Origin: a virus
Lineage: Duplodnaviria; Caudoviricetes
DNA: 64,000 nucleotides
Reading direction: 5' to 3' (one strand)
Virus record (IMG/VR): IMGVR_UViG_2648501128_000003
Span: 2,151-66,150 of that record
Shown here one piece after another: positions 58,148 through 64,000 of this stretch. The notes beneath the pieces were generated by a model. That model was not told the origin of the DNA and searched no databases. It saw only the letters and a program-made list of their open reading frames with translations. The translations under genes were made by a program, and so were the position numbers. How positions within the stretch are numbered: the stretch's first letter is position 1; each line of letters opens with the position of its first letter.

Positions 58148-58918
58148 AACATTCAAAATCGTTATAGACGCTGGTTAGGTCACGGACTCAATACACCAGG
58201 CAAACGTACGCCCGACGGTGAACGCGAATGGTCGTTTAATAATACGGTCGTGCTTGCGCTTATCGCCGAATTGAAGCGATATCAGAACGTCGAAGTCCTG
58301 CGCCTAGACGACCCGACGGGCAAGACCGACGTCTCACTTACGGAGCGTACTCGCAAAGCAAAAGCGTGGGGCGCAGACGTAATTATTAGCGTTCACCATA
58401 ACGCAAACACCTCGAAGTGGGGCGCATGGGGCGGAGTTGAGACGTTAGTCCATCAAAGCGCGGACAAAGTTTCGCTTGCCCTTGCGGAAGCTGTACAGCC
58501 GGCGATAGTGAGCGCGATGTGTTTGCGTAATCGAGGAATCAAACCCCGGAGCGACTTGCATATTCTTAACGCGGGCAAGACGTACGGAATCCCTGCGATT
58601 CTCACCGAAGGCGGATTCATGGACAGCACGACCGATATCGGAGCTTTGCGCGACAAGGCGAAGTTACACGCGCAAGCTAAAGCGATCGCAGACGGAGTAG
58701 CGAAAATATTCGCGTTGAAATTGAAGGAGGCGGAACAAGTGACGAACAAAACCGAGGAATACAAACTAACGCCAAACGACGAAAAGGTAATCGCAGACCT
58801 CAAACGTTGGGGCATTACGGATGGCAAGAACCCGACGCGACAGGTTACGCAATTATACCTGTGGCACGTCGTACACGGTGTGATTCAAGCGGTTAAAAAC
58901 GGAAAGGTGGCGGAGTAG
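58140..58918 (+). pseudogene. N-acetylmuramoyl-L-alanine amidase (Amidase_3) endolysin disrupted at 58176-58180
   Basis: MSKTFKIVIDAG*, then after TAGGT the other frame reads HGLNTPGKRTPDGEREW..SVHHNA..ILTEGGFMD. Confidence 0.85.
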
Positions 58919-59146
58919 ATGACGAAACAAACTAAACCAATTAACGCGGGAACAGTTACGAGGTTCATACTTCTATTGCTCGCGTTGCTTAATAGCGGAC
59001 TGGAAATGTCGGGCAACAGTGTATTGCCGGTCGACAAAGAAGGCGTTAGCACGTTTATTTCGCTGGCATTCCTCGGGGGCGCTTCGTTGTGGGCATATTG
59101 GAAGAACAACGACGTGACGAAGAAGGCGCGGAGTAAAGACGAATAA
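58919..59146 (+). CDS. SPP1-type holin
   Basis: GTVTRFILLLLALLN..WAYWKNNDVT. Confidence 0.9.
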   Translation: MTKQTKPINAGTVTRFILLLLALLNSGLEMSGNSVLPVDKEGVSTFISLAFLGGASLWAYWKNNDVTKKARSKDE

Positions 59147-59254
59147 ATAAAACAAGGGCAGGCGAAACTTATACGCTTGCTCTTACGTACATATTTGTAG
59201 TTGTCTAACGTTGGTAACTACGGTAAAATTAGGAATAGGAGAGGGGGATTTACG

Positions 59255-59815
59255 GTGGAAAAGAAATCAAAAATAATATTAATAGTGGTTGCTGCACTTA
59301 GTTCTATTTATATATTTGGTTCACTCTTGCCGGACATCTTCATTAAAAAAGAGAGCGATAGTCCAGTCATAGCGGTCGGGGCGGAGAATAAAGATATCGA
59401 ATCTGAGAGCGTTGACAATTCACAAGAAGAGGAATCTGGAGCGACGGAACATGTCGTCACTTGGTCGGATAACTTCCAAGGGTATGAAACAAAAATCACA
59501 AGCGTTAAATTTGATGATAAGACTATGAGCGTTTACTTCGAATTATACAATGGCTCTGACGTTACTTTCCTCAATAATGTTGAATGGGGAGCCGCAGTTA
59601 TTAATCAAAAGCAAATAAAAGCGAACATGTTCGGAAGCAATGACGTTGGCGGCGAGCACCTGGGAGATACAAAGCATGAAGGTTATGTCGTTTACTATGC
59701 CGATAGCCCAGAGGATTTTGCTGACGTTAAAGAAGTACGTTTAACATGGACGTTAACTAATGATAGTACGTATGAATCAAAAGACTACGACATAAAAATT
59801 CCACTAACGCCATAA
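59255..59815 (+). CDS. Membrane-anchored extracytoplasmic protein (moron, DUF4352-like)
   Basis: N-terminal TM, acidic linker, beta domain; own RBS and terminator; AT-rich. Confidence 0.7.
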   Translation: MEKKSKIILIVVAALSSIYIFGSLLPDIFIKKESDSPVIAVGAENKDIESESVDNSQEEESGATEHVVTWSDNFQGYETKITSVKFDDKTMSVYFELYNGSDVTFLNNVEWGAAVINQKQIKANMFGSNDVGGEHLGDTKHEGYVVYYADSPEDFADVKEVRLTWTLTNDSTYESKDYDIKIPLTP

Positions 59816-59856
59816 CTCTACGGTCATCCAAGCCGTGGGTTATGGCGTTTTTTTGC
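59806..59856 (+). terminator. Terminator between convergent genes
   Basis: AACGCCATAAC...GTTATGGCGTT-TTTTT. Confidence 0.75.
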
Positions 59857-59858
59857 GT

Positions 59859-60089
59859 TTACATTCCAAAATAATCATCCGGCACGCTTTCGCCTATCTT
59901 TTTTAACGCCTTCTTTATGCGCGTGACAGTTGAAAACTTAGGCGTGTACTCTTTATCGTTACATAACCTCGAAATTGTTCTTCGACTTAACCCCGATAAT
60001 TCCTCTAATTCGATTTGCGTTATTTCCTTCCGATCTAACCAACGTCCAAACTTCGTTCTATCTTTACCTAATCCGAAAAATGAAAACAT
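59859..60089 (-). CDS. XRE-family HTH regulator
   Basis: ITQIELEELSGLSRRTISRLC; RBS AGGAG. Confidence 0.85.
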   Translation of the reverse strand: MFSFFGLGKDRTKFGRWLDRKEITQIELEELSGLSRRTISRLCNDKEYTPKFSTVTRIKKALKKIGESVPDDYFGM

Positions 60090-60324
60090 AACGATCAACT
60101 CCTGCGTTTTTAGTACAAGTATCGACAGGAGCCAAATTTTTCATACATGCAAAAAAGTAACATAACGGACAATCAGCGCACCATACCTTTTACTATTCCG
60201 ATTAAAATTCTCGCCTAGAATTGCAAAAGGAATAGCAGAAACTCTTACGTATCAATAGTCGTAAGCTTGTCCGTTACCTTCCTTTTCGCTGGGACTATTC
60301 TACGAATAAAAGGTGGTGTTGCTT

Positions 60325-61620
60325 ATGTTGTTCGAAGTGCTTTCGTCGGCTGTGGTCGGTGGGCTTGTCGGCGCGTCCTACTTACACCAACTCGGACTAG
60401 GCGGCAATGACACGCGAAACATTATCCGGATTGCAGCCAACGCAGGGCTTGTCGCAAAAGACGGCACGCAGATACGTCCTTTTCGCCGGACTAATAAAGG
60501 CTCTTACGTTGAATACGTATTTCAGCTTCCGCAAGGGCTATCGTCGCAACAATTCCGCGATAAACTAGACCGATTCCAGGACGGACTAAACGCAAAACGA
60601 CGTGTACTCGATATTTCGCTGGCGGACTTACGCGCGATTAACTGGCGAGGTCGTGACGTTGTTTCGCATCTGCGGGAACTAGCGACGAAAAAGAAAACGG
60701 AGCATAAGGAGGTTGAAGTCGAGTTTGACGGCATGTTAAAGTTTCGCGTTTATAAGGAGCCTTTGACGGAGTTTTTCGAAATTGACGAATCACTTTTCGC
60801 ATCATTAAAAGGCTGGCAAGTTCCTGCGGGCATGAGTCGGCAAGGGCTAATACGGCACGATTTCGATAAAATCGCGCATAGTTTAATTGGCGGTTCGACT
60901 GACTTCGGAAAGTCCAACATTCTGAAACTATGGATAACAACGCTAATTCACCGAAAGCCTAACGAAGTAAAATTCACGCTAATCGACCTAAAGGGCGGGC
61001 TGTCGTTTTCTCGTTTTCGCAAAGCTAAACAAGTCGAAACTGTCGCGAAGAATGCGGAGGAAGCGCTCGAAGCGTTGCAATCGGTTCAGCAGCGCATGAA
61101 TAAAACGATGGACTATCTCGAAGCAAACGGATTTGAGGACGTAAAGGAAGCAGGCATAAAAGAGCGTTATTTCACGTTTATTGATGAAGCTGCCGACATC
61201 GCTGACGATTCAAATTGCGTTGATATAATAATCGACATTGCTAGACGCGGAAGGGCGGCAGGAGAGCGTTTGGTCTACGCGACACAATACCCAACGGCTG
61301 AAACGATTGATTCGCAGATAAAACGGAATTGTATCGGGCGCCTGTGCTTCGTGCTTGATACCGGAATAGCGAGTAAGGTCGTTATCGACCAAGAAGGTGC
61401 GGAAAAACTACCGTTAGTTCAAGGACGTGCAATATATAAGAAGGTAAAATGTACGGAAATTCAGACGCCTTATATTAGTAATAAAACGATTGATCGCATT
61501 ATCGGGCCGCACATTACAATCAAGGCGCGCAAGGAGGGCGATACGAATGCAAGCAACGATAGCAAAGGAGCAACGCCAGGAAAGCATTCTCTTGTCGTTG
61601 AAGAAATTGGGATTTCTTAG
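60325..61620 (+). CDS. FtsK/SpoIIIE-family ATPase
   Basis: GGSTDFGKS, LIDLKGG, FIDEAA, ATQYPT, GAEKLP..GRAI. Confidence 0.92.
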   Translation: MLFEVLSSAVVGGLVGASYLHQLGLGGNDTRNIIRIAANAGLVAKDGTQIRPFRRTNKGSYVEYVFQLPQGLSSQQFRDKLDRFQDGLNAKRRVLDISLADLRAINWRGRDVVSHLRELATKKKTEHKEVEVEFDGMLKFRVYKEPLTEFFEIDESLFASLKGWQVPAGMSRQGLIRHDFDKIAHSLIGGSTDFGKSNILKLWITTLIHRKPNEVKFTLIDLKGGLSFSRFRKAKQVETVAKNAEEALEALQSVQQRMNKTMDYLEANGFEDVKEAGIKERYFTFIDEAADIADDSNCVDIIIDIARRGRAAGERLVYATQYPTAETIDSQIKRNCIGRLCFVLDTGIASKVVIDQEGAEKLPLVQGRAIYKKVKCTEIQTPYISNKTIDRIIGPHITIKARKEGDTNASNDSKGATPGKHSLVVEEIGIS

Positions 61621-62140
61621 TCGGTCGCAAATTCAACGATTACACAGACTCGGCGGTGATCGCAACGCTAATCGAATATTAAGCGATATGTGCGATTATC
61701 TGAATACGGTCAGACTGGGCGAAAACATCTACTATTTAAACGCTGCCGGACGTGAGCGCGTCGGAGCAACGAAGGTATTAAAGAAGACGCATCAAATTAC
61801 GCATCATCTAATGAGAAATAGCCTTTATTTTGCGCATGGCTGCCCGTCGTCATGGAAAAGCGAGGTTAAGCTTGCGGTCAAAAATGAGGTAACGGTTATC
61901 GCAGACGCCTTGTTTACGCTGGCAGGTCGTTACTTTATTTGCGAAGTTGATAACGCGCAGAAAATGAACGAAAACAGGGCGAAGCTAGCAAAGTATCGCC
62001 GGCTGATCGAGTTGGGCGTATTTGAAAAGTCGCCGAAGTTTATTTGGATTACGACGACAGAGTACCGCCGGAAACAGTTAACGAAAATGTGCGAATGTCT
62101 TGACGCGAGAATCTATACGAGGGGTGATTTCGATGTTTAA
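61547..62140 (+). CDS. Replication-relaxation family protein
   Basis: wHTH (LSRSQIQRLH), HHLMRN, ADA..EVD..K..Y; RBS AAGGAGGG. Confidence 0.82.
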   Translation: MQATIAKEQRQESILLSLKKLGFLSRSQIQRLHRLGGDRNANRILSDMCDYLNTVRLGENIYYLNAAGRERVGATKVLKKTHQITHHLMRNSLYFAHGCPSSWKSEVKLAVKNEVTVIADALFTLAGRYFICEVDNAQKMNENRAKLAKYRRLIELGVFEKSPKFIWITTTEYRRKQLTKMCECLDARIYTRGDFDV

Positions 62141-62540
62141 GCGAAAAGAAACGATGTCCGTTAAGGAGTTTATGGCGCGAAAGGAGCCTTTGCGGATTCC
62201 GCAAGAGCGAAATTATAAACCAATCGTCAAAGCCTGCGTAACTGCCGGCGTCATTGTGCTGTCTCTAACATTCGGCGATGTTTCGCTTGCTGCGGCTGGC
62301 GCAGTTAACGGGGCTGTCACCGCGAAAGTGGTCGGTGCGTTTGCGCCCCTTGTCGAGTTGGTCAAGGCGTTGAGTTATCCGATTTCGCTCGTAATGATGC
62401 TAGGCGGCGGGCTGTTCGTGATGGTGGGGAACGCGGATCGTGGCTTCGGAATGATTCAAAAAGCGGGACTGGGCTACGTATTGGTGCAAATGCTTCCGTT
62501 GTTGATGGATTTGCTCGTCGAGATTGCGAAGTCGTTGTAA
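62133..62540 (+). CDS. Membrane protein, VirB2/TrbC pilin-like
   Basis: AxA signal-like region, then LSYPISLV..GGLFVMVG..AGLGYVLVQ. Confidence 0.6.
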   Translation: MFKRKETMSVKEFMARKEPLRIPQERNYKPIVKACVTAGVIVLSLTFGDVSLAAAGAVNGAVTAKVVGAFAPLVELVKALSYPISLVMMLGGGLFVMVGNADRGFGMIQKAGLGYVLVQMLPLLMDLLVEIAKSL

Positions 62541-62563
62541 AGGAACGTTCGTTCGTATATAAT
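62535..62563 (+). promoter_or_regulatory. SigA promoter with LexA (DinR/Cheo) box upstream of yolD
   Basis: TTGTAA-17 bp-TATAAT; GAAC-GTTC-GTTC at 62543-62554 in the spacer. Confidence 0.8.
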
Positions 62564-62591
62564 ATACGTAAAACTAACGGAGGTACTACGA

Positions 62592-62927
62592 ATGTTAAAA
62601 GAACGCGGCATGAAAAAGTGGCAGGGATTCATACTTCCGGAGCAAGTCGAAGCGATGGCGTGGCTTGCCGACGAAATGGCGAAAGTTGATAAGCCGGTAG
62701 TCGACGAATATCAACGTATCGAATTTGACTCGCGCGTGGATTTCGCAATGGAGTTCAACTTGCCGGTAGAATTTACGGTGTGGACGGCGGGCAGATTTTC
62801 GAAGGTAAACGGACATGTGAAATACGTCGATATGATTTCGCAACAGTTTCGGGTTAAGTTGGCGAATGGTTTAATTGAGCGCGTGAGCATGGCGGACGTG
62901 GTTGACGTGACGGTTGTCGAAGATTGA
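62592..62927 (+). CDS. yolD: YolD-like protein
   Basis: RGMKKWQGFILPEQ..KPVVDE. Confidence 0.88.
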   Translation: MLKERGMKKWQGFILPEQVEAMAWLADEMAKVDKPVVDEYQRIEFDSRVDFAMEFNLPVEFTVWTAGRFSKVNGHVKYVDMISQQFRVKLANGLIERVSMADVVDVTVVED

Positions 62928-62929
62928 AC

Positions 62930-62964
62930 AAAGACCCGTCGGATTGTCCGCGGGTCCCATTTTT
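62930..62964. terminator. Terminator hairpin between yolD and integrase
   Basis: GACCCG-TCGGA...TCCG-CGGGTC flanked by A and T runs. Confidence 0.55.
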
Positions 62965-64000
62965 AAATACGTATACCATTTCGTTTAACGATATTTCTAA
63001 GCGGCGAAAATTTATTGTGCTGTTGGCGTAAATGCTCGTTGTCCATCTGAATATATTTTCGCGTTGTTTGAATATCTGCGTGATCTAAGATTCGTTGCAG
63101 TGTAAATAAATCTCCGCCATTTAATATGTAGTTTCTCGCAAAAGTATGCCGAAACATATGCGGATGCAAGCGCGGTATATTTAGCTTTTTCTTCAGGCGG
63201 TTAAGTCTACGTCTAAATGCGTCCGCGCTAAAATCGTCGCCATATGCGTTCATAAACAACTGGCTACTATCTCCAAAATAACTTCTCGTTTCGTCCAATA
63301 ACTGCCGCAGTCTTTTCGCGACCTCTCTACTCATTGGGATTTCGCGATTCTTTCTATTTTTCGCAATCTGTGACGGCACATAGAGCGTTAATTGCCGAAA
63401 GTCAATTTGTTCCTCCGTTAGTGATAACGCTTCATTAATACGCAGGCCACAATCTAATAGAAGCAATACGAGCGTTTTGTCGCGCCATTGAGCGTAGCGT
63501 CTGTCATCGTAGGCGGCGAGTATCTTGTCGACTTCCTCGTCGGATAGCCCCGGCACTTCTTCCTGTTCGTCGTCGAGGACTTGCGAAATGTTTTCCATCG
63601 GGTTCGTTTCGATAATGCCTTCGGTCTGTAGAAATCGGAACATAGTTCGCATTGTCCGAATCCGGATATTAATCGTATTTACCGATAGTTTTTTACCTTC
63701 GCGCTGTCGTTGCTTGTCGCCTTCATACGGAGTTCTTTCGATGCGCAAATAATTTATGTAACCTCGTATTGTGTCCGCGTCAATATCATTGATGTACTTC
63801 GTGTCGTCGCCGAGCCATTCGCAAAAGTAGCGCATCGTCGCGTTGTACCCATCGACAGTTCCAGGTCGAACCCCTCCGGCCTCTTTCGCTCTAACAAAAA
63901 TAGCCAACGCCTCGTCAATCGGGGTCTGTCGGTCAACCTTAGGCTTTGAGACTTGCGAGGCTGTTTTCGCCCCTCGTTCCGCAATATACTTCCGTTTCAT
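62963..64000 (-). CDS. int: Tyrosine integrase (start at or beyond the window edge)
   Basis: SAM-like domain; GLRINE, AKNRK, HMFRH, LDH, TTRKY catalytic residues. Confidence 0.95.
   Translation of the reverse strand: MKRKYIAERGAKTASQVSKPKVDRQTPIDEALAIFVRAKEAGGVRPGTVDGYNATMRYFCEWLGDDTKYINDIDADTIRGYINYLRIERTPYEGDKQRQREGKKLSVNTINIRIRTMRTMFRFLQTEGIIETNPMENISQVLDDEQEEVPGLSDEEVDKILAAYDDRRYAQWRDKTLVLLLLDCGLRINEALSLTEEQIDFRQLTLYVPSQIAKNRKNREIPMSREVAKRLRQLLDETRSYFGDSSQLFMNAYGDDFSADAFRRRLNRLKKKLNIPRLHPHMFRHTFARNYILNGGDLFTLQRILDHADIQTTRKYIQMDNEHLRQQHNKFSPLRNIVKRNGIRI

Larger units (their letters stand above)
751..64000. mobile_element. Temperate Bacillaceae prophage with contractile tail, integrated in tRNA-Arg; right att outside window
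   Basis: tRNA fragment at left, tyrosine integrase at right, complete replication, packaging, head, sheath/tube/baseplate and lysis modules between. Confidence 0.93.

Noticed and set aside
32885-58178. Amber recoding suggested by TAG in the MTase and endolysin
   Set aside because: The MTase also has an in-frame TAA, the endolysin lesion shifts frame, TAG ends normal genes (aimR, aimP, terL) and no suppressor tRNA is seen.

Overview
Nearly the whole window (~751-64000) is one ~63 kb temperate Bacillaceae prophage with a contractile (myovirus-type, PBSX xkd-like) tail. Its left boundary is the displaced 3' half of a tRNA-Arg(CCT) at 751-795 (- strand). Its right end is a tyrosine integrase, so the restored tRNA/att site should lie just beyond 64000. 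Gene order: antirepressor and replication initiator; early genes, helicase loader, helicase, primase; two XRE repressors divergent from an arbitrium-like aimR-aimP pair and a phage sigma factor; SSB, PolA, nucleases, class II RNR, PhoH, dUTPase, ThyX, dNMP kinase; two DNA methyltransferases and an ATP-dependent ligase; RepL-like protein; terminase, head, tail, baseplate and lysis genes; an FtsK/relaxase-like cassette, LexA-boxed yolD and the integrase. The C5-MTase (two in-frame stops) and the endolysin (small insertion) are broken. Best unexplained signals: (1) a ~61-bp-period array of promoter-like units with variable cores upstream of the antirepressor, with a related unit upstream of the sigma gene that follows aimP; (2) six GGATCC sites inside a M.BamHII-like methyltransferase gene; (3) a ~380-nt highly base-paired intergenic RNA candidate before the SSB gene; (4) a 36-aa ORF resembling the tape-measure C-terminal motif; (5) genes that appear to start at ATC/ATT/ACG. 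All calls come from reading the sequence and recalled family motifs; no searches were run.
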